Assembly (NCBI GenBank): GCA_964369035.1
Contig: CAYJDU010000001.1
Span: 1 to 32,758 of the forward strand
DNA: 32,758 nt
Direction of reading: 5' to 3'
Source of the DNA: an uncultured Methanomassiliicoccales archaeon
Lineage (GTDB): Archaea; Thermoplasmatota; Thermoplasmata; Methanomassiliicoccales; Methanomethylophilaceae
Part shown: piece after piece, positions 17,147 to 26,439 of the stretch
How positions within the stretch are numbered: position 1 is the stretch's first letter
Layout of the letters: the number at the start of each line of letters is the position of its first letter
Translations under genes and position numbers: made by a program
The notes under the pieces: generated by a model
Seen by the model: only the letters and a program-made list of their open reading frames with translations
Database searches by the model: none
What the model was told of the DNA's origin: nothing

Positions 17147-17992
17147 CCATAGTTTGAAACATTTCTTTTTGGCCCACTTATCAGTGTCCCCATAAAGATT
17201 GGTGTTCGCGAAGTAATGGTCGTTGAAAGCTAGCCTTAGCGATCCAGAGAGTTCACCACTTCTTATGGTCTTACAATTAAAGGAACCGAAGTTGCATCTC
17301 AATCCGACTAGCAATACATCTACTGCATCATGGCCTCGAGCATAATCTTCGGGGTTATGTCCCTTAGAACTCTCTACCAATAGAATATCTAAAAGTTTCT
17401 TCTTGTTGATGCGTGGGTTGGTAGTGCAGCTCACAATATCATCAATCAGTCTTTTTTTATCGATTCGGAGACTTCTCTGATCGATAAAATTGTCAAAATT
17501 CAAGTTTTTAAAACATAAGCTCAGTCTATGTTCCTCGGAAATGTGCATCAACAATCCGATAGGGTAACAGGCCGATATAACCGCATCGAACACAGGACCG
17601 TATTTATTTCTAAAAGCTTCCAGGGCCTCTGTGTCTGCATACTCGCTAAGAACATCGCCGAGCGCAGGACTGGACATCATCATAATCTCAAGATCCCGAT
17701 AATCTGTCTGGAATATAGGTGGAGTACGTTTCCTGCCCTGGATCCTATCTAGGTCCGCATCTACTATACCTACGACAGAAGTTATTTTACGATTGTGCCA
17801 GCATTCATCTACCGCTTTTCGAACGTTGCTCTTCGAATGGCCGATGACCACTTTCACTTTGTCATTATCGCTGAACTTACTGTAAAGTCGACTGTCAGTT
17901 ATGCCTTCTACTACCAATACCGTGTCTTTGCCGGAGGATGCCAGCATCGATATCTCATTCGCAATATCCGTCGGTGTCAGTGAGTTCCGCAT
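17126..17992 (-). CDS. DUF4435/Toprim-like putative nuclease (AriB-like effector of a PARIS-type pair)
   Basis: 288 aa with the acidic Toprim constellation in DUF4435 order: VLVVEGITDSRLY (Glu29), GIVDADLD (DxD, aa 78-82), TDYRDLE. It lies immediately downstream of an ABC ATPase gene and overlaps it by 38 nt. An alternative start at Met16 (17947) would remove the overlap. Confidence 0.7.
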   Translation of the reverse strand: MRNSLTPTDIANEISMLASSGKDTVLVVEGITDSRLYSKFSDNDKVKVVIGHSKSNVRKAVDECWHNRKITSVVGIVDADLDRIQGRKRTPPIFQTDYRDLEIMMMSSPALGDVLSEYADTEALEAFRNKYGPVFDAVISACYPIGLLMHISEEHRLSLCFKNLNFDNFIDQRSLRIDKKRLIDDIVSCTTNPRINKKKLLDILLVESSKGHNPEDYARGHDAVDVLLVGLRCNFGSFNCKTIRSGELSGSLRLAFNDHYFANTNLYGDTDKWAKKKCFKLWSLNLHL

Positions 17993-19025
17993 TTATATCC
18001 CTCAGTTCTCTTGCCATATCCCACTTGTCGTGGATTATTTGAGGGGAATGGGTTGCAACCACGAACTGCAGATTTCTCAGCCTTGCAATATCTAAGAATG
18101 TGCCACTCAGTTTTTGCTGCCATTCGATATGTAGTGAATTCTCTGGTTCGTCTATGATGACGATGGAACCTTCCGCGGTTTGAAAAAGTAGGCGATACAT
18201 GATTATGACAATATTCTTCTCGCCAGATGAGAGTGCGTTAAGTGGTAGGTCTTCTCCAGTATCTAATCTAAAAACAAGATTATTCTTCTCGTTGATCATT
18301 ATTGTCTTTCTGTAGAACATTTCGTTCAATATATCCTGGAAAACAACGATAGATTCCGATAATTGATATGACCTTTTTATGTAATCATCGAGGCCGAACG
18401 CCAGATCCTGATATTCCTCCCTCTTTTTAGAAAGGTCACTGTGACTAGGCGGAAAACGTAGGGATGAAGGGGAATCAGGCTCCAATCCCGCTTCTTTCAT
18501 AAAGTCCAGTTTGGCCTTTAGGTCTTTAAATAAGAATACGAGCTCCCCGTCCGATAGGTCGGGGCGTTGTCCTTTTTTGGGTTTTGCAAGTTCGCTGTTT
18601 TCCTTCGCATATCTTATGCGGTCTCTGAGCTCTGTCGCATACACGATAACTGCGGGGACCAGATGTCCGTCCCCTCTTTTCACGGTCTGCCTCTCAGGTG
18701 GAATGTATGTGATTTGGAAAAGTCTGCGGAGCTCTGCCTCGTCTATAGGCTGTTCCAGTTCGTTCTTTTGTATCTGCACTTTAAGCTCTTCGTAATTCTC
18801 TACGATAAGGTTGACATCGCTGGTGTAATTGACGTCCATCCTATTGAATGGCAGGTTCTTTAAGACCTCGAACTCCCCTTTCATGGCCGAGACGAGAGCT
18901 CTAAGGGTCGTTGATTTTCCAAAACCGTTCCTAGAATATATGAAAGTAAGAGGGCCCGGACTAAAATCTAAATTGCAATCGCAGTGATGCAACAGTCCGT
19001 AAATAGTTATTGACTTGATCTTCAT
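17955..19025 (-). CDS. ABC/OLD-type AAA ATPase (AriA-like sensor/scaffold of a PARIS-type pair)
   Basis: 356 aa. Walker A is SRNGFGKST (nt 18909-18935), the signature-like motif is LSSGEKN, Walker B/D-loop is IVIIDEPENSLH, and the H-loop is VVATHSP. TAAAATATA on the minus strand (19048-19056) is centred 27 nt upstream of the ATG. Confidence 0.75.
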   Translation of the reverse strand: MKIKSITIYGLLHHCDCNLDFSPGPLTFIYSRNGFGKSTTLRALVSAMKGEFEVLKNLPFNRMDVNYTSDVNLIVENYEELKVQIQKNELEQPIDEAELRRLFQITYIPPERQTVKRGDGHLVPAVIVYATELRDRIRYAKENSELAKPKKGQRPDLSDGELVFLFKDLKAKLDFMKEAGLEPDSPSSLRFPPSHSDLSKKREEYQDLAFGLDDYIKRSYQLSESIVVFQDILNEMFYRKTIMINEKNNLVFRLDTGEDLPLNALSSGEKNIVIIMYRLLFQTAEGSIVIIDEPENSLHIEWQQKLSGTFLDIARLRNLQFVVATHSPQIIHDKWDMARELRDINAELTDTDGYCE

Positions 19026-19117
19026 CTTACATCTGAATGTTCATAAGTATATTTTAAGTGCACTATGCCCGTTCGAAGGGGCTATCTTTATTTTCATGTA
19101 ACAACTCTAGCGATTCA

Positions 19118-19966
19118 ATGGAAGATAAAAACGTGTTCTTGGAGGTCAGGAAAGTGATCGCTACAGGGCAGATAGATTTGGCCGAGACGATGCTCAGGGA
19201 TATCGCATTCTCCTCGAATGACCCGTTCTCACGGATACAATGTGCATCTACTTTGTTGGTCATAGGAAGGGGCGTGGCGTCGGAAGACGTCCTTTACGAT
19301 CTTTATGAGGACCTTTCAGATCATGATGGTGACATATTCCCTATCGCTCAGGCGATGAGAGGACTTGGAAGGGCGGATCTGGCCGTAGAATTACTGGCAG
19401 ATATAGAAAAGAGTGACCATGTTCTTAGGGAATATGCACTCTCACTCAATATGATCGGTCGTTTCTCTGATTCTGTAGATATCATAAACAAAATCGGGAC
19501 TTTGAGTCTTTCGGATAAGGTATTAGCTGTCGATTCACTCAGCTCTTTGGGCAGGTCCGAAGAGGCGATGAAGGTATCCGACACCTTATATCGTGAGGCG
19601 CCCGAGAATTATGGTGTACTACGTTCAAGATGTGCGGTACTGATATCCGCAGGAAGGGACAAGGAAGCAGTGAAGTTCGTACGTGGTCTTCTAAAGGCTG
19701 ACAAGAATTCGGCCAATGCCAATGCTGCAACAGCTTACGTCATGCATGTGATAGGTAACACTAAACCGGCTGGTGCGTTCTCTTCTAAGGCACTACGTAC
19801 GGACCCCTCCCATATTGGCGCCATGGAAATATTGGCGCTAAGCTTGATGGAAAAGGGCAAGTTTAGGGACGCAAGTATAGTTGCAGGGGCCATGAACGAG
19901 AAAGAGCCGGGAAATCCCGCTGCCGTCAGAATATTGAAGGAATGCGGCGGAAGGATGGATCAGTAA
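19118..19966 (+). CDS. TPR-like helical repeat protein
   Basis: Repeated ~34-aa amphipathic helix pairs rich in A/L/G (e.g. AQAMRGLGRADLAVELL, AVDSLSSLGRSEEAMKV, ALSLMEKGKFRDASIV). I prefer ATG 19118, which has TTTATTTT (19087-19094) about 27 nt upstream, over the track GTG start at 19058. Confidence 0.55.
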   Translation: MEDKNVFLEVRKVIATGQIDLAETMLRDIAFSSNDPFSRIQCASTLLVIGRGVASEDVLYDLYEDLSDHDGDIFPIAQAMRGLGRADLAVELLADIEKSDHVLREYALSLNMIGRFSDSVDIINKIGTLSLSDKVLAVDSLSSLGRSEEAMKVSDTLYREAPENYGVLRSRCAVLISAGRDKEAVKFVRGLLKADKNSANANAATAYVMHVIGNTKPAGAFSSKALRTDPSHIGAMEILALSLMEKGKFRDASIVAGAMNEKEPGNPAAVRILKECGGRMDQ

Positions 19967-21534
19967 TTATCCATACGGCCTTTCATGTTTATCTTCCTGT
20001 TACTGACCCTGCGGGACCTTTTCCCTCCGCTCCTAAATACTTCTTTCCAGAAACCAGGCATGAAGAACAACAGTGCTAGAGCTATCTCTAGACGTCCTAG
20101 GAACATGACTATGATCATGACAATCTTGACTATCGGATTTAACATGTACATCCCATCAATCGGGCCGTAATTACTTACGGCGGCACCAGTGTTACATACC
20201 GATGTTATTGCCAATCCTACAGAATCTTCCGGCAACATCCCATTTATCATGAATATGACCGAAGCGATCACAAGAGTCAATGCAAAGAGCGCTATAGCTA
20301 CGAAGGCATTGATCACCGATGTCTCCTCCACACTTCCTCCGTCCATTTTGACGTCATATACGGCCATGGGATGGAGGGTCTTGTAGATACTGTTCTTAAT
20401 GTATTTCCCGATTATGACGAAGCGGTACATCTTCACCCCACCTGCTGTGGACCCGCTCATGCCACCTATGAAAGCAACGATAAGGAGAAGCATAGTGCAC
20501 AACGGCATCGGCCATACTGCTGGGTCTGTAATATCTATCACCGAAAATCCGGTAGTAGTACCCATAGAGATGACGGTGAATATCACATCACCGAAGGTTT
20601 TCATTATATCGCCTGAGCTAACGATATGATTGAAATTGATCAACAAGACAGAAATCAACACAGCAATTCCAGTATACCAATAGATGGTCCATCTGAACTC
20701 GGTGTTGTTCACGTAAGGCTTTATCTGTCCTTTGTAGAATCCTTTGAAATGCAAATAAAAGTTCGTACCGCCTATGAACATGAACACGACCACGATAGAT
20801 TTGATAAGCGCACTATAATCGGCAAGACTATCCGCATTGTTCATGAATCCCCCTGTGGATACTGTGGACAGCGTCATACAAGCCGAATCGATCCCATTTA
20901 CGCCGAAGATCATAAGCAATATGAACTGGACAATCGTGATCAGTACGTAGATCAGCAGAAAGCTCTTCGCTGAGTCTTTAAGTCTGACCGAGAAATTCTT
21001 TGTTCCGGACCCAGACATCTCATTGATGAAGAATCCCTTCCCACCTAGGCCCATTATAGGCAACATATACAAGAATATCAAAATGACGGACACACCGCCT
21101 ATCCACTGTGTCAGAGATCTCCAGAGGAACAAGCTTTGAGGGAACGTATCGAAGTCCCTTACCATGGTGTAACCTGTCGTGGTTATGCCGCTCATGGACT
21201 CGAACAGTGTGTCTAGGATATCCATGCCATAGATCATGTAGGGTGTCGACCCCACCATGAGCATTATCAGGAACGCTCCCCCTATCATTAAAATTCCCGA
21301 GGTGGCCTGCATCCCTTCTTTATCTTCTTTGAAAGCTAGAGATATCAATAGGCCGACAGGAATTACAAAGGCCATAGGGATAAGGAACATCAAATAATTT
21401 TCTTCGTAGTAAAAAGATGCTGCCAACGGGATCAATAATGCCGATCCCATGAATACCATTATCAACCCTAGAGAATGGGCTACCGTGTTTTTCCAACGAC
21501 CTTTATCGGCATTGAACCTGTCCAATAGGGCCAT
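19960..21534 (-). CDS. trkH: TrkH/KtrB-family K+ transporter membrane subunit
   Basis: 524 aa and highly hydrophobic. It has four pore-loop motifs: SGITTTGYT, VSTGGF, MGTTTGFS, CNTGAA. It sits directly downstream of trkA. Confidence 0.85.
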   Translation of the reverse strand: MALLDRFNADKGRWKNTVAHSLGLIMVFMGSALLIPLAASFYYEENYLMFLIPMAFVIPVGLLISLAFKEDKEGMQATSGILMIGGAFLIMLMVGSTPYMIYGMDILDTLFESMSGITTTGYTMVRDFDTFPQSLFLWRSLTQWIGGVSVILIFLYMLPIMGLGGKGFFINEMSGSGTKNFSVRLKDSAKSFLLIYVLITIVQFILLMIFGVNGIDSACMTLSTVSTGGFMNNADSLADYSALIKSIVVVFMFIGGTNFYLHFKGFYKGQIKPYVNNTEFRWTIYWYTGIAVLISVLLINFNHIVSSGDIMKTFGDVIFTVISMGTTTGFSVIDITDPAVWPMPLCTMLLLIVAFIGGMSGSTAGGVKMYRFVIIGKYIKNSIYKTLHPMAVYDVKMDGGSVEETSVINAFVAIALFALTLVIASVIFMINGMLPEDSVGLAITSVCNTGAAVSNYGPIDGMYMLNPIVKIVMIIVMFLGRLEIALALLFFMPGFWKEVFRSGGKRSRRVSNRKINMKGRMDNY

Positions 21535-21537
21535 GGA

Positions 21538-22887
21538 TCACAGCCCCAATATGTCCTTGCCTAGAAGTTTTTTGATTCCGCCACTTTTAGCCATGTACGT
21601 GTAGACCAATACTTTGTCGCCTTCTCTGAAATCAGTGTCATATCTTAGGTACATTATTTTTTCGTCACGAACCACAGCGACGAAGCGTACCCCCTCAGGG
21701 ATCAAAATGTCTCCGTATAATTTATTGAAGATGGGTGTACGGGCATCGATCTTCGCGCTGAAAAAGTATTCATTATCATGTTTCATCTTCAGGATAGAAT
21801 CCTCCTCGGAGACAAGTCCTTTTGTTATTTCGTTGGCGATGATCAGATGATATCCTATTATCGTCTCAATCCCGGTGAAACTGAAAATATCCTTGTATTG
21901 TCTGGTTAGATATCTGGATATGACCTTTCTGGTGCCGAACTTCAGTGATGCCATACATGCAAGGAGATTTTTCTCATCTGCATCTGTAACGCTTATGAGC
22001 ACATCAGCTCTTCCGACGTTCTCTGTTTTGAGTATATGTGGATCTATAGTATCCGAGTTAACGACTATAGCATCTTTTAGATTACGGGAAGCTTCCCTGC
22101 AAAGTTCCTTGTCCTCCTCAATGATCTTCACATAGACCTTTTTATTCATTTCACTTAAGGCTTTTGCAACATTCATCCCGACGACACCTGCACCCATTAT
22201 CACGAATTCCAGTGCCTCTTCCTTGATGCCGATCATTTCGTTGAAAGCTTTGAGGCTGTCCTCGTTACCTATCACGGTTATACGGTCCCCGGATCGTATC
22301 TCTACTGTCTCTACATCGAGTATGACATCGTCACCACGATAGATGCATATGATATCACACTTAGAGGGTATGTCGAGATTCAGTGTTATCTGACCTACGA
22401 TATTTTGATCGTCTGTGACTTTGAACGTCGCTATCGCGATACCAAGGGATTTTATGGACTCGTAATCTATGGCATTCTCCAATGTAGCAAGCTTGAATAT
22501 CTTGTTAGAGCTGATTATCTCGGGGGAGATTATCATATCTACACCCTCGTTCCCTTCTGCGGTGGTCTTTATAACGTAATCAGGATCCTTGATGGTGGCC
22601 ACAGTGCGCAAGGAAGGACGGTACCTTTTACAAGTTATACATACGAAAAGGTTCATGCCGTCAGACGATAAGGTAGATACGATGAGATCGGCGGCATGTT
22701 TTTTTATCGCGGATTCTAGGACTCTAGGGTTGGTCCCATCCTCGTGAAGTACAGAGACGTTAAGCATATTCTTGATGGCGTCTGCCTTAACGTTGTCCTT
22801 CTCGATTATCATAACATTGTGGACGGCGGAGAGAGTCTCTGCGGAAGTAAATCCTACGTTCCCTGCACCTATGATTATGATATTCAT
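21538..22887 (-). CDS. trkA: TrkA K+ uptake regulatory subunit (tandem RCK/NAD-binding domains)
   Basis: 449 aa with two Rossmann GxGxxG motifs (IIIIGAGNVGF, FVIMGAGVVGMNVA), each followed by an RCK_C-like segment. Confidence 0.9.
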   Translation of the reverse strand: MNIIIIGAGNVGFTSAETLSAVHNVMIIEKDNVKADAIKNMLNVSVLHEDGTNPRVLESAIKKHAADLIVSTLSSDGMNLFVCITCKRYRPSLRTVATIKDPDYVIKTTAEGNEGVDMIISPEIISSNKIFKLATLENAIDYESIKSLGIAIATFKVTDDQNIVGQITLNLDIPSKCDIICIYRGDDVILDVETVEIRSGDRITVIGNEDSLKAFNEMIGIKEEALEFVIMGAGVVGMNVAKALSEMNKKVYVKIIEEDKELCREASRNLKDAIVVNSDTIDPHILKTENVGRADVLISVTDADEKNLLACMASLKFGTRKVISRYLTRQYKDIFSFTGIETIIGYHLIIANEITKGLVSEEDSILKMKHDNEYFFSAKIDARTPIFNKLYGDILIPEGVRFVAVVRDEKIMYLRYDTDFREGDKVLVYTYMAKSGGIKKLLGKDILGL

Positions 22888-22894
22888 TTAAGAT

Positions 22895-22899
22895 CCTCC
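22895..22899 (-). promoter_or_regulatory. Shine-Dalgarno-like GGAGG upstream of trkA
   Basis: The plus strand reads cctcc at 22895-22899, i.e. GGAGG on the minus strand, with a 7-nt spacer to ATG 22887-22885. Confidence 0.5.
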
Positions 22900-23075
22900 C
22901 TTTCGAGATACTTAGTGACGTTATGTAGGTAATGCCTCGATATAATAGTCTGAACCTACGCCAATATGTAATCAATCTGCTTTGAATGTAAATGCTTTTC
23001 GTAAAAACAATGCAAAAAAATCTAAAATTATATCATTTCTTATTTTATGAAAAACCAACCACGTTAATCGCGTAG

Positions 23076-23082
23076 TATAAAT
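23076..23082 (+). promoter_or_regulatory. TATA-box candidate for a leaderless hisD transcript
   Basis: TATAAAT is centred 27 nt upstream of the hisD ATG (23106), with no SD-like element between them. The same ~27-nt geometry recurs upstream of the AriA-like, TPR, PaaI, larE and larB starts. Confidence 0.45.
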
Positions 23083-23105
23083 CACCGTAGTATGATTTAG
23101 GCCAC

Positions 23106-24362
23106 ATGTGGAAACATGTTAGCGAGGATTTCTGGAAAGAGAACCGCGCATCCAAAGTCGGCGATGTTACGGACGTGGTCCGCGAAATAATAGAGGATGT
23201 CCGTGTGAACGGGGATAAGGCACTGTTGGAACTTACAAAAAAGTTCGACAAGCAGGATCTAAAATACTTAGAGGTGACCCGTGATGAGATCGAGGACGCA
23301 TACGACATGATCGATCAAGAGCTTATCGATGAGCTTGAGAACGCGGCATATAATATTCAGCGTTTCCACGAGATGCAGGTACCTCCAGATATGTGGCTCA
23401 GAGAAGTGGAGCCCGGTGTAACGTTAGGGGTGAAGAGTACTCCTCTTGAGACCGTAGGTTGTTACGTCCCTGGAGGTCGTGCATCCTATCCCAGTACCGC
23501 TCTAATGTGCATAATACCTGCAAATGTTGCTGGTGTGGAAGAAATAATCTGTTGTACTCCTGCCCCGGTCAACCCAGCTACGTTGGTGGCTATGGATATC
23601 GCTGGTGCGGACTCGATATACAAACTGGGCGGGGCCCAAGCCATCGCCGCGATGGCGTTAGGCACAAAAAGCATCCCCAAGGTGCAAAAGATAGTAGGTC
23701 CTGGTAACGTTTATGTAACTTCAGCAAAAATGATGTTACGTGATGTAGTCGAGATAGATTTCCCTGCAGGACCAAGTGAGATTGGCGTCCTCGCGGATTC
23801 ATCTGTGAATTGTGAATTCATTGCGGCCGATCTTATAGCACAAGCCGAGCACGACCCATCATCTGCCAGTATATTGATAACCGACAATCCTGATCTTCCA
23901 GGTAAAATATGGTCATTTATGGAGAAGATGATCGATAGGCAGCCTAGAAAGGAAATAATACTGAAGGCGTTGAATAATTCTGGATATATCGTGGCGGCGG
24001 ACATGGACCTAGCTATAGAGAGCATGAACCGTATAGCACCGGAACACCTTTCGATACAGACCGTGAATCCTATGGACACATTGTCTAAGATCAAAAACGC
24101 CGGTTCGATCTTCATCGGTCCTTATACCCCGGTAGCCGCTGGAGATTATGCTTCGGGGACCAACCATGTACTTCCTACAGCTGGTAGTTCGTCAACAGCA
24201 TCTGGCCTGAATGTAGCACATTTCCGTAAGACCTCAACGGTCCAGATGTTGACCCGTGATGGATTGCAGACTATCGCACTCACTATAGAGACAATCTCAA
24301 CATCCGAAGGGCTACATGCTCATTGCGATTCTGTCAGGGTGCGTTTCGACGATGAGGAGTAA
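23106..24362 (+). CDS. hisD: Histidinol dehydrogenase
   Basis: 418 aa with KLGGAQAIAAMALGT, KIVGPGNVYVTSAK, IDFPAGPSEIGVLAD and AADLIAQAEHD. Confidence 0.92.
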   Translation: MWKHVSEDFWKENRASKVGDVTDVVREIIEDVRVNGDKALLELTKKFDKQDLKYLEVTRDEIEDAYDMIDQELIDELENAAYNIQRFHEMQVPPDMWLREVEPGVTLGVKSTPLETVGCYVPGGRASYPSTALMCIIPANVAGVEEIICCTPAPVNPATLVAMDIAGADSIYKLGGAQAIAAMALGTKSIPKVQKIVGPGNVYVTSAKMMLRDVVEIDFPAGPSEIGVLADSSVNCEFIAADLIAQAEHDPSSASILITDNPDLPGKIWSFMEKMIDRQPRKEIILKALNNSGYIVAADMDLAIESMNRIAPEHLSIQTVNPMDTLSKIKNAGSIFIGPYTPVAAGDYASGTNHVLPTAGSSSTASGLNVAHFRKTSTVQMLTRDGLQTIALTIETISTSEGLHAHCDSVRVRFDDEE

Positions 24363-24366
24363 GAGC

Positions 24367-26439
24367 ATGAAGGAGCGCATAGACCTCTACGACCCTAATC
24401 TGTATATCAATCGTGAACTTTCTTGGTTAGAGTTTAACCGTAGATGTCTACAGGAGGCCAATGACGACAGCGTCCCTTTACTTGAGCGTCTGAAGTTCCT
24501 TGCGATATGTTATGGGAACATGGACGAGTTCTTCATGATTCGTGTTCCAGGTATAATCAACGGGATAGCTGCGGGAGCCCCTATATTGGACGCCCCGGAC
24601 ATAGATCACAATAATTTTCGACTCCTATCGAACATTAATATCAAAGTTCGAGATCTTTTAAACGGATATACCGAGTGCTGGGATAATTTAAGGGCATCGC
24701 TCTTTGAAGGGGGGATACATATGCTCATGTTCGACGATCTAACAAAAAATCAGGTCGAGGTCATAGATAATTTCTATGACGAACGTATACACCCATTACT
24801 TACGCCTCTGGCCCTTGATACATCCCATCCTTTTCCCTTCATATCCAATAACACGTTAAGTCTGGCCACTAAGATGAAGAATTCTAAAGGTCAGAATATG
24901 TACGCAAGGATAAAGATCCCTTTAGGTGCCTTCGATCGATTCATACGCATCCCTTCTGAATCATCAGCAATGAATTATGTCCTGTTGGAGGACATCGTAC
25001 GTCATAATGTGCATAAACTGTTCCCTGGCTTCAATATCGAGGGTGTTTACGCTTTCAGGGTCACAAGGAACGCGGACACGAAAGTGATGATAGATGAAGC
25101 ATGTGATCTCATGTCCGCGGTGGAGGAATCAGTCGAGGGGCGAGGTACAGGATTCCCCGTTAGGATGGTCACGGAATCTGCGATGCCTGATGACATGGTG
25201 GAGATCTTCGGTAAGAACCTCTCACTTACGCCAGAACAGATACACAGGTCCGATTCGCCGTTGATGTTGAACAGTCTTTGGGAACTTTATGATCTGAACT
25301 TACCTGAATTAAAGGAAGTGGGTTTCAAACCTCACTGTCCTCCTGAACTAGCCGAGGACAAATCGATATTCGAGGCTATGGCGAAAAAGGACTGGTTGTT
25401 ATACCATCCTTACGAATCCTTCGGGATAATAGTTAGGTTCTTACAAGAGGCGGCCCACGACCCTCAAGTGAAAAGCATTAAGATATGCCTTTACAGAATC
25501 GGGAAGGATCCCTCTATAATTCAGGCCCTTACGTATGCTAGAGAGCAGGGTAAGACGGTATCTGTGCTAATGGAGATCCGAGCTAAATTCGATGAGACCA
25601 ACAACATAAAGTTGGCCAAGGGCCTGGAGCAGATGGGTATCCACGTGGTCTTCGGTCCGGTGGAGCTTAAAGTACACTCCAAACTTTTACAGGCCGTTCG
25701 TCTGGAGGATGGACATCTTGTCAGGTATACGCACATGAGCTCCGGTAACTATAACGTAAGTTCTGCGAAACAGTACGCGGACATATCGTTTTTAACTGTA
25801 AATAATGAGATAGGTGAGGAAGTAGGGGAGTTATTCAATTCGTTAACCGGTTATTTTGGTCCAAGGGATTACAAAAAACTGTTGGTCTCTCCTTTAACGT
25901 TGAAAAGTTCCCTGTTGAAGATGATCGACGATGAGATAGGACACATGGAAAAGAACGGTCACGGATATATCGCCATGAAGGCCAATGGGCTGATAGATGC
26001 CGATGTGATCTCCAGCCTTTACAAAGCATCCATCGCTGGTGTGAAGATTGATCTTAACATCCGTGGCCTTTGTTGCCTACGTCCAGGAATTCCCGGGGTT
26101 TCAGAAAACATCCGCGTTGTGCGTGTAGTGGATATGTTCCTTGAACACGCCCGGATCTATTATTTCGAGAACGGTGGTGACCCTAAGATGTATATGGGTT
26201 CGTCGGACATCATGCCTAGGAATCTAATCGCAAGGGTTGAGACGTTATTCCCTATCCTTGACAAAGATATGCTCATATCAGTCAGGGATACCATCCTAAA
26301 GATCCATCTTTCGGATAATGTAAAAGCTAGCGAACTAACCGCGGACGGGACCTATGTACCCGTGGTCAGAAATAAGGGTGAACCTAAGATAAGGTCCCAA
26401 CAGTGGCTGATAGAGAATAGGGGGTGCTGGCACGGTTGA
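24367..26439 (+). CDS. ppk: Polyphosphate kinase 1
   Basis: YINRELSWLEFNRRCLQEA is the N-domain signature. There are two PLD-like His motifs (KVHSKLLQ, FLEHARIYYF). I prefer ATG 24367 (MKERIDLYDP...), which has GAGGAG 10-15 nt upstream, over the track start at 24316, which overlaps hisD. Confidence 0.92.
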   Translation: MKERIDLYDPNLYINRELSWLEFNRRCLQEANDDSVPLLERLKFLAICYGNMDEFFMIRVPGIINGIAAGAPILDAPDIDHNNFRLLSNINIKVRDLLNGYTECWDNLRASLFEGGIHMLMFDDLTKNQVEVIDNFYDERIHPLLTPLALDTSHPFPFISNNTLSLATKMKNSKGQNMYARIKIPLGAFDRFIRIPSESSAMNYVLLEDIVRHNVHKLFPGFNIEGVYAFRVTRNADTKVMIDEACDLMSAVEESVEGRGTGFPVRMVTESAMPDDMVEIFGKNLSLTPEQIHRSDSPLMLNSLWELYDLNLPELKEVGFKPHCPPELAEDKSIFEAMAKKDWLLYHPYESFGIIVRFLQEAAHDPQVKSIKICLYRIGKDPSIIQALTYAREQGKTVSVLMEIRAKFDETNNIKLAKGLEQMGIHVVFGPVELKVHSKLLQAVRLEDGHLVRYTHMSSGNYNVSSAKQYADISFLTVNNEIGEEVGELFNSLTGYFGPRDYKKLLVSPLTLKSSLLKMIDDEIGHMEKNGHGYIAMKANGLIDADVISSLYKASIAGVKIDLNIRGLCCLRPGIPGVSENIRVVRVVDMFLEHARIYYFENGGDPKMYMGSSDIMPRNLIARVETLFPILDKDMLISVRDTILKIHLSDNVKASELTADGTYVPVVRNKGEPKIRSQQWLIENRGCWHG

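Noticed and set aside
19058-19117. GTG 19058 as the start of the TPR gene.
   Set aside because: It would begin 2 nt after the A/T box that serves the divergent ATPase gene, and it adds a non-repeat, S/N-rich 20 aa. ATG 19118 has its own A/T box at -27.
17000-19120. Mobile-element boundaries (direct or inverted repeats, integrase, att site) around the ATPase/DUF4435 pair.
   Set aside because: No integrase or transposase ORF is present, and I found no flanking repeats by eye. The pair abuts xseB and the TPR gene directly. The low GC remains the only hint of acquisition.
24316-24366. Track start of ppk at 24316 (MLIAILSGCVSTMRSKS...).
   Set aside because: The extension overlaps the hisD 3' end and is not PPK-like. 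ATG 24367 gives the conserved N-terminus and has a GAGGAG element upstream.
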